A DNA stretch of 64,000 bases from Nitrosopumilaceae archaeon (GTDB taxonomy: Archaea > Thermoproteota > Nitrososphaeria > Nitrososphaerales > Nitrosopumilaceae): contig OZ242376.1 of NCBI GenBank assembly GCA_965209085.1, positions 352,001-416,000 on the forward strand, read 5' to 3'. Position 1 is the first letter of the stretch, and the number at the start of each line of letters is the position of its first letter. Under the pieces are notes generated by a model that did not search any database, was not told where the DNA came from, and saw nothing but the letters and a program-made list of their open reading frames with translations. Of this stretch, positions 1 to 10,157 are shown piece after piece. A program made the position numbers and the translations under genes.

Positions 1-664
1 TCTCGCAGAACGATTTGGATCTCTGACTTGTCCGGCTTGCCACAAAAAATTTGTAACCGCGGCGTATGAGGGATTTTGCAACAAGGCTTGATATCTCACC
101 GGTTCCAATCAGCAAAACTTTTTTTGATTTTATATCATCCACGTTCTCTTCGGCAAGCCTTACTGCCATCGAACCAACGGAGGTGCCGCCGCGGTTGAGT
201 CCCGTCGACTCCCTGATGCGAGCTCCGGCACGCACCGACCTGTCAAATAAAAGATCAAGCCGGCGTCCGCTGGCACCTGCCTCTTTTGCGGCCGATATTG
301 AGCCGCGTATCTGTCCAAGAATCTGCTCCTCTCCAATCACCATTGATTCAATACCTGATGTAAGACGCAGCAGATGGCTTGTAACCTCGCTGCCGCCGGA
401 AAACTCGATATTTTTGTACACTGCATCCTCGTCTATTCCGGCAAGCTCGGCCCACGTTTTGCTTATTTTGTTGCGGTCAAGCTCGCTTGCCGTACCGTAT
501 ACTTCGACCCTGTTGCAGGTCTGAACTATGACGCACTCTTCAAACCCTGAGCGTTTTTTAAATTCCGCAAGCGCCCGGTTTGTATCCTTGAATGTGAATT
601 TTTCAAGCACGTGTATGGGCGATCCGCGAAAAGTTACACGCGCGTTTACAATAATTCCGCTCAT
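1..664 (-). CDS. hemA: Glutamyl-tRNA reductase, N-terminal part (runs off window)
   Basis: Manual translation from ATG at 664: MSGIIVNARVTFRGSPIHVLEKF...QTCNRVEVY...DSMVIGEEQILGQIR...LIGTGE. TCNR active-site motif; ATGA overlap with the stop of the upstream gene. Confidence 0.93.
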   Translation of the reverse strand, partial: MSGIIVNARVTFRGSPIHVLEKFTFKDTNRALAEFKKRSGFEECVIVQTCNRVEVYGTASELDRNKISKTWAELAGIDEDAVYKNIEFSGGSEVTSHLLRLTSGIESMVIGEEQILGQIRGSISAAKEAGASGRRLDLLFDRSVRAGARIRESTGLNRGGTSVGSMAVRLAEENVDDIKSKKVLLIGTGEISSLVAKSLIRRGYKFFVASRTSQRSKSFCE

Positions 665-1317
665 TTAAAATCCTCTAGCATCTCCATGGCCCGACTACGG
701 GCAAGCGTTATCTTTTCCTGTTTTATAAGCCGTATTACCTCCGAATCGCGCATCACCGCATACAGGTATTTTTTGCGCATATTCTGCCCCGGTATTGTTT
801 TTTTTGCCTCAATCCTGGCCTCCTGCTGGAGGTTTATCTGTGCAATATCCTCATTTGTCACAAGATCGTTTAGATATTTTTCAGCGCGCATTCTAATCTC
901 TCTTGCCATTGCCGGACTCTTGCTTCCGGTGGAGACTGTAATTTGGACCGTATCTTTGATGTTTATCACCGAAGGGTGGGAAAAATCACTGGATTCGGGA
1001 TCATCAGAGGCGTACGCCATGCAACCGGGAATCTTTTTAGCTTTATTTATAATCGTGCAGTTGAGCGCATGATCGTCTGTTGTCGCCATTACCAAAACCG
1101 GGCTGTACCTTGAGAGAAACGAGCCATCGTGCAAATCCTCCCGCAAAAATTTAATCCTGCCATCTTTGAGATATTTTTCAACCGCGGGGTTTGACTCTTT
1201 TGAGACGAGCAAAATTTCACAATCCTGCGTTAAAAGCGAATTTACTTTTTTGAGCCCTTCAGCTCCGGCACCGACCACAACTGCCAGCCCTCCCTTTAGA
1301 TAAAGATCCACGATCAA
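661..1317 (-). CDS. sirC: Precorrin-2 dehydrogenase / sirohydrochlorin ferrochelatase (CysG N-terminal, SirC/Met8 type)
   Basis: VVVGAG Rossmann motif, ATTDD, DDPESSDF, VSTGSKSPAMAR; directly upstream of hemA. Confidence 0.88.
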   Translation of the reverse strand: MIVDLYLKGGLAVVVGAGAEGLKKVNSLLTQDCEILLVSKESNPAVEKYLKDGRIKFLREDLHDGSFLSRYSPVLVMATTDDHALNCTIINKAKKIPGCMAYASDDPESSDFSHPSVINIKDTVQITVSTGSKSPAMAREIRMRAEKYLNDLVTNEDIAQINLQQEARIEAKKTIPGQNMRKKYLYAVMRDSEVIRLIKQEKITLARSRAMEMLEDFK

Positions 1318-1385
1318 CCATTTGGTGCACCCCGTGCGGCATTTTAAACCCTAATGACAGATTACATTTTTAACCAAAGGAGATC

Positions 1386-2402
1386 ATGCGCGAAATGTTG
1401 AAGCAAAAGATGGACGATTTGGACAGGGAAATTCTCAATGAAATTCAGTGGACGTTTCCCCTTGTTTCAAGACCGTACGATGTGCTTGCGGAAAAATTCG
1501 GTCAGTCGCCGCAGGAGATAAAGGAGCGCATACTGCGGCTTCGGAAATCCGGAATACTGCGGCAGATGAGCGCCATATTTGACACGCGCCGGCTCGGATA
1601 CAAGAGCTCCCTTGTGGCAGCAAAGATAGAGCCGGACAAACTGAACTCTGTGGCAGAGAAGGTAAACCAGCATCCTGGAGTGAGCCACAACTATGAGCGC
1701 GACCATGAATTCAACCTGTGGTTTACGCTTGCCGTACCGCCGGATTCGGATTTGAAAACCGAATTGGATAAATTTTCAACCGTGCCGGGAATCATAAAAA
1801 TGCGCATGCTGCCCACAATACAGCTCTTCAAAATCGGCGTAAAGCTTGACATGGTGGCGAGTGAAAAGCACGAGGTAAAACCAACCGAGCAAAAAAAAGA
1901 GATAGAACACGTGGAGTTTAAACCGACCGAGGATGACAAAGAGTTTGTCCGCCATCTGCAAAAAGATCTTGAAGTTACGGACAGGCCTTTTCTAAAGGCG
2001 GCCGAATCGCTTGGGATGAGTGAGGATCAGATATTTGAAAAGCTTGCACACTATGAAAAAATTGGTGTGATGAGAAGGTATGCTGCAATACTGCGGCACC
2101 GCGATGCGGGATTTGTAGCAAACGGAATGATCGTATGGAAAGTTCCAAAGGAACGCATCTCGCAGGTGGGGCAAACCCTTGGAGCGTTTCCGCAGGTAAG
2201 CCACTGTTATGAGAGGCCATCGTATCCGGACTGGCCGTACAATGTTTTCTCAATGATACACTGCACATCAAAAGACGAGGCCATGGAGGTTGCAGACACG
2301 ATACAAAAACAGGTAAACGTTGACGAATACATGATACTCTTCAGCCTGCGCGAGTTTAAGAAAACACGCGTGGAATACTTTATGGAAAATCAGGCAGCCT
2401 AA
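1386..2402 (+). CDS. ahbAB: Fused siroheme decarboxylase AhbA/AhbB (NirDL-like, Lrp/AsnC fold)
   Basis: Two Lrp-like halves with VSHNYER and VSHCYERP..PDWPYN motifs; divergent from sirC-hemA. Confidence 0.88.
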   Translation: MREMLKQKMDDLDREILNEIQWTFPLVSRPYDVLAEKFGQSPQEIKERILRLRKSGILRQMSAIFDTRRLGYKSSLVAAKIEPDKLNSVAEKVNQHPGVSHNYERDHEFNLWFTLAVPPDSDLKTELDKFSTVPGIIKMRMLPTIQLFKIGVKLDMVASEKHEVKPTEQKKEIEHVEFKPTEDDKEFVRHLQKDLEVTDRPFLKAAESLGMSEDQIFEKLAHYEKIGVMRRYAAILRHRDAGFVANGMIVWKVPKERISQVGQTLGAFPQVSHCYERPSYPDWPYNVFSMIHCTSKDEAMEVADTIQKQVNVDEYMILFSLREFKKTRVEYFMENQAA

Positions 2403-3155
2403 ATCCCAGTCATCTTGATTGGCGGCATGATTGTAATCATGCAAAAAATACACCGATTTTGGAGGATTAACCACATCTGAATTTTCAAAAATCAAGGTTG
2501 TGGCTTGTGAATAACAGATCTTGTATAAAATCATTCAAATCAGTTATTTTTATTCGTAAAAACTGTGAATTTGATCATATTCTGATATATAATTATGAAA
2601 AGATCCTTATTCAAGCTGTGGTTTGAATCTTGTTGCGTTAACTTGACCTGTTCTTAAACTCGAAATATGAATATTTGAAATGATCCCTGAAAATATTAAT
2701 ACTCGTAGATGGTTAAAATAAATGAATTGTATGCAGAATTTGATAGTGATTATACCACAGAAGAAGCTTATAAAAAAATTATAAAACAATCCTCATACGG
2801 AGATTTTGAAATAATCTCCTCTGTGAAAAATGAACAAATAGTTTTCAAAGGTAAACGAAATTACAGTAAGGGTGTGATGGGCATCTTGATATTGGTAGGC
2901 TTGTTATTGTTTATTGTAGGACTTGTCTTAGCAGCTGTTTATTATTGGACAAGACCGTATCAAAAAATTGTTTTTGAACTGGAATCCAGAGATGGAGGAA
3001 GTACAATTACCATAAGAACGGATGGCAAAACTCATGATATTATAATACATGAAATTAAAAAATTACTTGAATCCAAAACCGAATAAAATCAAACATGCAG
3101 ATCTAAAAAAACAAAATTGTTAATGAAAGAATAAGAAAATCAGGCAGCCTAAATC
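2385..3155. mobile_element. AT-rich inserted cassette bounded by perfect 21-bp direct repeats
   Basis: GAAAATCAGGCAGCCTAAATC at 2385-2405 and 3135-3155; interior visibly more AT-rich than the flanks. Confidence 0.8.
2709..3086 (+). CDS. Hypothetical membrane protein (cassette cargo)
   Basis: 125-aa ORF with one central hydrophobic stretch GVMGILILVGLLLFIVGLVLAAVYYW. Confidence 0.7.
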   Translation: MVKINELYAEFDSDYTTEEAYKKIIKQSSYGDFEIISSVKNEQIVFKGKRNYSKGVMGILILVGLLLFIVGLVLAAVYYWTRPYQKIVFELESRDGGSTITIRTDGKTHDIIIHEIKKLLESKTE

Positions 3156-3484
3156 TCGTTGTCATCGTGCCCCATCAGATGTTTTCGACAGTAATACGCA
3201 TCATTCATCACACAGTAATATGCGGATTTTTTGCCGCATTCTGTACATGATGGAACCGAATCCGCAGGATCTATCGGACGATGATAGTATTTGGTGCGCC
3301 GTCTGACGCTTCCGTTCTTGTACGTGCCGGCCATGGATGCCACGTATGCGTACTCTTCACCGTTCAATCCGACACCTTTGTCCAATTTCTCAAGCATGCG
3401 CTCCCATTTTGCATACTCGCCGATGCGTGCAAGCCTCATCTTTTCTATAATGTCAGCCGTGCGCTGTGCATCCGTGCCGGACAC
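3149..3484 (-). CDS. Hypothetical protein with C-terminal Cys/His zinc finger
   Basis: CTEC...YYC...YYCRKH; last gene of a tightly coupled minus-strand operon. Confidence 0.7.
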   Translation of the reverse strand: MSGTDAQRTADIIEKMRLARIGEYAKWERMLEKLDKGVGLNGEEYAYVASMAGTYKNGSVRRRTKYYHRPIDPADSVPSCTECGKKSAYYCVMNDAYYCRKHLMGHDDNEI

Positions 3485-3488
3485 GCAA

Positions 3489-4484
3489 TCACGCCTGAAC
3501 CGTGGCCTTTAGCTCGTATGTGGGCCAGTCCGAATACATCCGGCCGATCTCCTGCATGTCCGAATCGGAGAGGTATTTCCCGTCCGCCATTGCGGCAAAT
3601 TCTTCAATCTCATCTTCGCTTATCACGGTTGGAAAAACGGACGTAATGCCGCGCTTTGAGAGGATGAACTTTATTGCAAGCTCTGTAATGCTTAATCCGT
3701 TGCGCTCAGCTATTGGGCGCAACTGTTCCACTTTTTGCAGCGATGCACGAATCCATTCGCCTTTTCTGACAGAGCGGTGATCTTTTTCATCAATCTTTGT
3801 ATCCGCATTTACCTTGCCGGTCAGTATTCCAGAGGCGTCAGGAACCCTGACAAAAACGCCGGTATCGTTTTTAAAAGCGCCATCCAAAAGCTCGTTGCCT
3901 GGGGTCTGCTCTAAAATATTGTATACTGTCTGTACGGCGTCAACTTCCGGACGGGCTATTGCAGCATGTCCCTCCTCTGTCCAGCCGATTGCCGGACCAA
4001 GAGCTGTCTGAATTGCGCGCGTTTTGCCTGAGAGTTTTAGATCCTTTAGCGTTGCAAATATTGCATCATCTTTTACATGGTTCATCTTTGGATTGTGCAG
4101 GCCGTATACGTCCACGTGGTCGGTACGCAGCCTCTCAAGGCTTGCATTCAGCGCCGCTTTGGTAAATTTCTCGTCAAAAAACTGCGGCAGCTCGGTGTGT
4201 CCTATCTGTTCGGCGTTTGCAAAATCATATCCGTATTTTGTGGATATTACCACCTCTTCGCGCACGCCTTTCAGCGCCTCGCCGATGAGTTTCTCACTCT
4301 TCCCCCTCCCGTACATGTCGCCGGTTTCAAAAAAATTGATTCCCAAATCGTACGCTTTTTTGATCATGCGTTTTGCCTCATCCTCTTCTATGGATTTACC
4401 CCACCAGTTCATTGCGATACTCCATGCACCAAAACCAATCTCTGAGACGCTTATGCCGCTTTTTCCAATTTTGCGGTACTTCAT
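3489..4484 (-). CDS. Aldo/keto reductase
   Basis: VSEIGFGAW, GDMYGRGKSE, ISTK, SLERLRTDHVDVYGLH, QTVYNIL. Confidence 0.93.
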   Translation of the reverse strand: MKYRKIGKSGISVSEIGFGAWSIAMNWWGKSIEEDEAKRMIKKAYDLGINFFETGDMYGRGKSEKLIGEALKGVREEVVISTKYGYDFANAEQIGHTELPQFFDEKFTKAALNASLERLRTDHVDVYGLHNPKMNHVKDDAIFATLKDLKLSGKTRAIQTALGPAIGWTEEGHAAIARPEVDAVQTVYNILEQTPGNELLDGAFKNDTGVFVRVPDASGILTGKVNADTKIDEKDHRSVRKGEWIRASLQKVEQLRPIAERNGLSITELAIKFILSKRGITSVFPTVISEDEIEEFAAMADGKYLSDSDMQEIGRMYSDWPTYELKATVQA

Positions 4485-5023
4485 GATGTGATACCCTCAA
4501 ATTTTTCAAGCTCTGCGGACAATTTCGATGAATCCAAAACCTGCATGGAATTTTCCGGACTGATATTTATCTCCAACCACGACCTGCACCCTGAATATTC
4601 TGCAATGTTGTCAATTTCAACCGGTTTTATCATACTCACTTTTAGAAATACGGCACGCATGGGCTTTTGGGGCATCCATTTTCCCCTCTCGCGCACAAAC
4701 TCATCACTCCAGATGTGAAATCCGCCAAGTTTTTGGGCAGTCTTTGCATCAACGTCAGCACCGCACAGCACCTCTGCTACAGAACTGATTCGCACTTTGC
4801 CGGGTAGACTGTCGGATTTTACAGAATATTGTGAACCTGATTTACTCAAATGCTCGCTTCTCTGATGCTCGTATGTGGGGAATAGCAAAAACGTACCGGA
4901 TTCCTCGCGGAAACCTGATGCTGCATCGCGTATGCCGCCTTTGCGGAGCAGCACAGTCTGCGCTCCGTCTTCGAGCGCACTCACTATTGATGCCCATTCT
5001 TTTAGCGCCTTCATCTCAACCAA
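4481..5023 (-). CDS. DUF1802 family protein
   Basis: ALKEW...G.QTVLLRKGGI, FLLFPTYEHQ, YSGCRSW. Confidence 0.85.
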   Translation of the reverse strand: MVEMKALKEWASIVSALEDGAQTVLLRKGGIRDAASGFREESGTFLLFPTYEHQRSEHLSKSGSQYSVKSDSLPGKVRISSVAEVLCGADVDAKTAQKLGGFHIWSDEFVRERGKWMPQKPMRAVFLKVSMIKPVEIDNIAEYSGCRSWLEINISPENSMQVLDSSKLSAELEKFEGITS

Positions 5024-5696
5024 GACTCTGTATCATCGGCACTATGTCTTTTTTGACGCACACAATCATGGGCGTATCTGAAGTGATATATTCGGAGACG
5101 CGCGTTGCGCGCAACTCTATGATTAGATCCTGAAATTTTATCAACTCGTCAGTCTCAAAGGCCAGCATGAAATCCTCATCGTGTATTCCAAAAGAATACG
5201 TGGTGTTTAAGATGACTTCGGGATATTTGTTGCCCACCGCAATGTGCTCGTCCATCATGGCCTGCCTTTCGGCTGCCGAAGTGCGGTACCACTTGCGGCT
5301 TTTTATGAACGGATACACGATTGCATATTTTAGCGCCTCTTCTCCTGCAACAAACGCCGGAACCCTGCCGGTTTTGGCGTACATTGATGGACGAGTAACG
5401 GAAAAAAATGTTCTAGACGGAACAATGTATTTTCCAAAAACGGTAAGATACAGCCTCGAGACTGCACTCTGTATCTCTTCTACGGTTTTTGCAGCAAACC
5501 ACAACATAAAGTCGGCATCATCGCGTATGCCAAGCGTGGAATACGACCTGTACATGCAGCTGGAATTTCCAAGTATGTTTTCCACTTCTTTTGCCGATTC
5601 CTGTTTTGCCAAATCCGCCATCCAGCGCCATTTTGGATCGACTTTGAAAAACGAAAATGCAAAGTAATATCTCTCATCCGTATTCTCTGTCTGCAT
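5016..5696 (-). CDS. Chlorite dismutase / coproheme decarboxylase family haem protein
   Basis: GIRDDADFMLW, VYPFIKSRKWY, MMDEH (proximal His), YSFGIHDEDF. Confidence 0.88.
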   Translation of the reverse strand: MQTENTDERYYFAFSFFKVDPKWRWMADLAKQESAKEVENILGNSSCMYRSYSTLGIRDDADFMLWFAAKTVEEIQSAVSRLYLTVFGKYIVPSRTFFSVTRPSMYAKTGRVPAFVAGEEALKYAIVYPFIKSRKWYRTSAAERQAMMDEHIAVGNKYPEVILNTTYSFGIHDEDFMLAFETDELIKFQDLIIELRATRVSEYITSDTPMIVCVKKDIVPMIQSLG

Positions 5697-5820
5697 GAAT
5701 ATTGTCCATTATGGGCCCATTTTAAAATATGTATGCAGCATATGCGTTGAAAATTTATGCCTGTTTTACACCGTGCAAAAAAGACCAAAATTGCAGTATA
5801 CGCTTGAAATACCTGCCGGA

Positions 5821-5849
5821 TAAAATATGACGCCTATCGTCATATTTTA
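5821..5849. promoter_or_regulatory. Perfect 12-bp inverted repeat in a divergent intergenic region
   Basis: TAAAATATGACG-cctat-CGTCATATTTTA. Confidence 0.6.
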
Positions 5850-5962
5850 GGCATAAACGTTGGTATGCACACGTGCAAATTTGACCGTATTTTACGCATC
5901 TTGGAATCGTATTTCACCTGACAACTCTCAACGCTTAATTAACTAAAAACCCCACATGAACC

Positions 5963-8914
5963 ATGAAAAAAATACTGGCCGTATTTATGATGGCAGTTCT
6001 CCTCGCTCCGGCATATGTTGGGGCGCAGTCTGGAGGCATCGTACTGCTTGACAACTTTGGAGATTTCTCAAAGGGCGATTCTGTATTCATATACGGCAAT
6101 GCCGGAGTGCCCACGCCAAATTCATTTCTCATATTAAAGATTACAAATCCAAACGGCGACATATGCCAGATACAGCAGATTCTCCCTCTCCAGGATGGAA
6201 CGTTTGTAATGGATAAAGTGCCGTTGCGCGGAAACATATGCGGCATGGCCGGATCATATGAGATAGAAGTATTTTATGGCGATAGAAAGAGCACCGCATC
6301 GTTTTCAGTATCAACATCGGTGAAACCTGACCTGACAGATTCCCAGTATGCTGCAGCAGCTGACGAGTATGTAAGCCAGGTTATCGATGACGTGGCTACT
6401 GCGAATTCTGCGAATCTTAAATCGCGTCTTGCAGCAGCCTCTGGCGATCTGCGGGTCATACTGTACATTTTCAAGGATGCTATAGATTACACGATAACTG
6501 ATGATGTACTGTACGGCGTGGATGCAGTATTACGGCCCGCGGTCTATTCGTTTTTGAATGCAGCAGACGATTTGGAACGGTCGGGAAAAATTTCACCCAG
6601 TACAAAAATGACTTTGACAGATGATGTGATAACGTCGATATTTTATTATCAGATAGGGGATAAAACTGCCGCACTTGACATCATATACAGAACGTACGAC
6701 GTGCTGACCGTGGCGGATCCGACAACTGAGATTGCTGCAAGCGTTCCATATGAGGATCTAGAAGATACACTGCTGAATCTGATGACAAAGACCGGCTCGG
6801 TTATGAACCGAGACGTGCAAAAAGAGATTGCGCTGATATTTTCAAGGGGACTGGGTCCGATATACGTGGACGAGCTTGGAGGGATGCTTGACTTTCTGAC
6901 TAAAACGCGGTTCCTTGACGTGGTATTGCTGAAAAACGATCCCCTCTATTCAGTCTTAAAATCCGAATGGGAAACAGAACGCCTCACGCTTGTGGAAAAG
7001 CATACTGTTGCAAAACTTTTGGCTCAATCATCGGATGTTGATGAGATACATGAGGCGGCCATACTGCTGCGGGGATTGGACCGCGTGGAGAGATTTATCA
7101 GCACGCCTACTGGAACTTCGGAGGAAAATCTTGCAGCACTCATAGAGCCTGAATGGACATCCCTGCAAGGATACCTGAATACGGCATCATCAGCACAGTC
7201 CATACTTGGAAAAAGCTCGGAGATTAAATCAATAAAGAGCGTCACGCAGATATCAGAGCGCATATCCAAGGCTGTGGATCTCTCAGGTACTACGGGTATA
7301 GGGGCGGAGCTTTCAGGCGAATGGATGGCGCTACTCTCTAATGTGGACAATGCCAGCTCACTTGAGGAGATTTTATCAATAGTTTCACGCTTTGATGCCA
7401 CGATAACTGAACTGCGCGAAAAACGCAATCCAATAGCAATACTGACTTTTGAGTACCGCCGCATGGCAGAACAGGCCCAGAGGCAGGCAGACTATGCAAA
7501 TTTGGCCGTCATAGGAGAGGCCATAAAAATACTCGAAGCTGCGGCAAGACTGAATGCAGAGGGATCCGCGGCGGGCAGAATCGACCGGGTGGAGTTTCTT
7601 CTTACGTGGATCAGCGAAAAAGCTCCAATCATACGGGAAGATCTTGACGCGTACACGGACGTCCAGTTCAAAGAAAGGGCCGGGAAAATACTGCACCGGG
7701 CAAATTCTCTGAACGCGCTTGTGGATATGGCGCTTGAGAATCACAGATTTGAAGTCGGCTTTGAGGACTTTGCAGACTCGATAATGGCAAAAGTAGACCG
7801 CGTGCAAAGCTTGGTTGTCGCAGAACGGCTCTACGAGGCAGAAGAGGCGCTTGATGCAGCATACGATGAATGGCAGATTATACTAAAGATGTATTCGGAC
7901 AATCCGGATACGGAGGTGCCGTTTACTCTGGTAGAATTAAAACGCATAGAATACCGCAAACTAATCCAATTGGTGGATGATGCGGTGGACAGGTATGCTA
8001 ATGCAAACTTTAACGAGCATACGGCCGACTATGACAAACTGAGATCCTCACTTGATCTCTCACTCTCGCTTGGAAACTTTGCAACGGTGGAAGACAAACT
8101 GGAGAATCTGCTTTCATTTGTCGGCGAAAATTTGGACTCGTCAAACAATTCGATAAAATACAAAGTCGAGTATGATGAGCAGACGGGAACGTGGTCTACC
8201 ACGGGATTTTTGGACAAGGATAATGACAGGCGCGTGAATCTTGTACTTGGAATGTACGATCCGAAAGGCGAGCAGATTCAATTGCTTGAGTTTAGCGATA
8301 CAAAGAGCGGAAGATTCAACACGTTTTGGATTGAAAAAGTGGAACCGGGACTATACGCCACGGTGCTAAACTGGAATGGCGCCACAAGCACCAAAATCAT
8401 GCATATTCAGGACAAGAGCGTTTATGATGCATCAAAGGATGATCCGCAACTTGTGGAAGCTTCTGCCAAATATGAAATGATCAAAGTATTCGTGCAGGAA
8501 TTTGGAGGATCACAGTATGCGGTAAATTCAGCAGCATTTATGGAAATTGAAAAAGATATTGAAGAGGCGATAAATGACGGTGATTACGGGGCGATCGTGG
8601 CAGGAACCTTGCAGCTGCAGACCCTTGCGGAAAGATACCTGCCTCACAGGGATCGCGCAGCTATCATCGAGGTATCTTACGGGAACGGACTGGTACGCAT
8701 TACCGGTGCTGTTGAAAAACTGGTGCAGTTTAGCGAAGATTTGTACGTGGACATTTACGACGGAAACGGGGACGTACTGCTTTCTGTGGCAGTAAAGGAT
8801 ACGCCTACCGGATACATTGAAGAGTCGATAAACATAAACCTTGAATCCGGACTGTACGTGGCGCGCATCCAATACCACGATCTTGTGGCCACCGATTTTT
8901 TCTCGGCAAACTAG
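5963..8914 (+). CDS. Large secreted hypothetical protein (beta-rich ends, long helical core)
   Basis: 983-aa ORF with N-terminal signal peptide MKKILAVFMMAVLLAPAYVGA. Confidence 0.8.
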   Translation: MKKILAVFMMAVLLAPAYVGAQSGGIVLLDNFGDFSKGDSVFIYGNAGVPTPNSFLILKITNPNGDICQIQQILPLQDGTFVMDKVPLRGNICGMAGSYEIEVFYGDRKSTASFSVSTSVKPDLTDSQYAAAADEYVSQVIDDVATANSANLKSRLAAASGDLRVILYIFKDAIDYTITDDVLYGVDAVLRPAVYSFLNAADDLERSGKISPSTKMTLTDDVITSIFYYQIGDKTAALDIIYRTYDVLTVADPTTEIAASVPYEDLEDTLLNLMTKTGSVMNRDVQKEIALIFSRGLGPIYVDELGGMLDFLTKTRFLDVVLLKNDPLYSVLKSEWETERLTLVEKHTVAKLLAQSSDVDEIHEAAILLRGLDRVERFISTPTGTSEENLAALIEPEWTSLQGYLNTASSAQSILGKSSEIKSIKSVTQISERISKAVDLSGTTGIGAELSGEWMALLSNVDNASSLEEILSIVSRFDATITELREKRNPIAILTFEYRRMAEQAQRQADYANLAVIGEAIKILEAAARLNAEGSAAGRIDRVEFLLTWISEKAPIIREDLDAYTDVQFKERAGKILHRANSLNALVDMALENHRFEVGFEDFADSIMAKVDRVQSLVVAERLYEAEEALDAAYDEWQIILKMYSDNPDTEVPFTLVELKRIEYRKLIQLVDDAVDRYANANFNEHTADYDKLRSSLDLSLSLGNFATVEDKLENLLSFVGENLDSSNNSIKYKVEYDEQTGTWSTTGFLDKDNDRRVNLVLGMYDPKGEQIQLLEFSDTKSGRFNTFWIEKVEPGLYATVLNWNGATSTKIMHIQDKSVYDASKDDPQLVEASAKYEMIKVFVQEFGGSQYAVNSAAFMEIEKDIEEAINDGDYGAIVAGTLQLQTLAERYLPHRDRAAIIEVSYGNGLVRITGAVEKLVQFSEDLYVDIYDGNGDVLLSVAVKDTPTGYIEESININLESGLYVARIQYHDLVATDFFSAN

Positions 8915-10107
8915 GATTTTTTTACCATGTGGCATATCTGTCTGATTGTAAAGAGCGGATGCCTTAATGCCATCTTTGCAGCATACTTTGATCCAAAATC
9001 AGCTTTCATAAACTGAACCAGTTCAGAATCATTCAAACAGCGTATTGATTCAAGCTCTTTATCCCACTCTGTATCTGAGAGCTGCAGCCATCTGCGCTGA
9101 ACACGGAATGCCGAACGTATCTTTGCGTCAACCTCGCCCCTCCATCTCTTCTCATACGTGGCAAGATCTTCTGCCCGCGTTTTTCCGCAGAGGGCAGCTT
9201 TTGCTGCAGTCTTCCCTGCACTGTGTCCGTATCGCACAGCGTACCTGATACCCTCCAAAACAAGCGGGTTTGCCTGGCCTGCTGAATCGCCTGCCATGAG
9301 CAGTCCGTCATGTACGGTGCGGCGCACGGTTCCATCGTTTGGTATGATACCACTGTGGAATTCAAACGGGGTTATCTTCCCAAGCGATGCAATAGGTCCT
9401 GTTTTCTCCCTGATTATTTTATCCAGCAATACTGCAGGATTCTCATGCCAGTCCGGTTTGCCAACGCCAACTCCGATACGCACAGTATCCGGACCTACGG
9501 GAAATATCCATGCATACCCTGACGGCGTATACTCAGAACCTACCATGAGCCACCATGTGTCCGCATCCACGTGTTCGGCGTGCGCCTCGTATTCTGCACC
9601 GGCTCCGAATTTTTCCCATTTTTTGATGCAGCCAAGTTTTGATGAGAGAACGGACGAGAATCCGCTTGCATCAACTGCCACGCTGCAAGAATATGATGCA
9701 GAACCGCCGGTTTGAATTGATATTGAACCGTCAGCAAGATATGATGCTCCCGTTACCACAGTATCGGTCATAATTTCAGCACCGGCACTACGGGCGCGCT
9801 CTGCGAGCCATCTGTATGTACCGCGCACGTCAAGCACGGCAGCACCTGGTTTTTCACCCTCTATTATGATCTCGTTGTTTTTGGAGCAGAACGCATAGCG
9901 CCTAATCGGATTGTACAGACTGGGGGGAATTCCCATCGATACTGCATCCTTTAGCCACGTCACGCCGCTGGTTCTGACGGTGGTGGAAACCTGCTGTTCC
10001 CTCTCAAAGACTGCAACCTTTGCACCGGCCTTTGATGCAGCATACGCTGCAGAAGATCCCGCAGGACCGCATCCTGCCACCAAAACATCGTACGTGGGTA
10101 CCTTCAA
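8911..10107 (-). CDS. Geranylgeranyl reductase family FAD-dependent oxidoreductase
   Basis: YDVLVAGCGPAG, VDASG, GYAWIFP, AGDSAGQANPLVLEGI. Confidence 0.88.
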   Translation of the reverse strand: MKVPTYDVLVAGCGPAGSSAAYAASKAGAKVAVFEREQQVSTTVRTSGVTWLKDAVSMGIPPSLYNPIRRYAFCSKNNEIIIEGEKPGAAVLDVRGTYRWLAERARSAGAEIMTDTVVTGASYLADGSISIQTGGSASYSCSVAVDASGFSSVLSSKLGCIKKWEKFGAGAEYEAHAEHVDADTWWLMVGSEYTPSGYAWIFPVGPDTVRIGVGVGKPDWHENPAVLLDKIIREKTGPIASLGKITPFEFHSGIIPNDGTVRRTVHDGLLMAGDSAGQANPLVLEGIRYAVRYGHSAGKTAAKAALCGKTRAEDLATYEKRWRGEVDAKIRSAFRVQRRWLQLSDTEWDKELESIRCLNDSELVQFMKADFGSKYAAKMALRHPLFTIRQICHMVKKS

Positions 10108-10157
10108 TTCAAGCCTGAATGGACATTTACGTTGATTTAATCCTTGGCGGTTAAATT

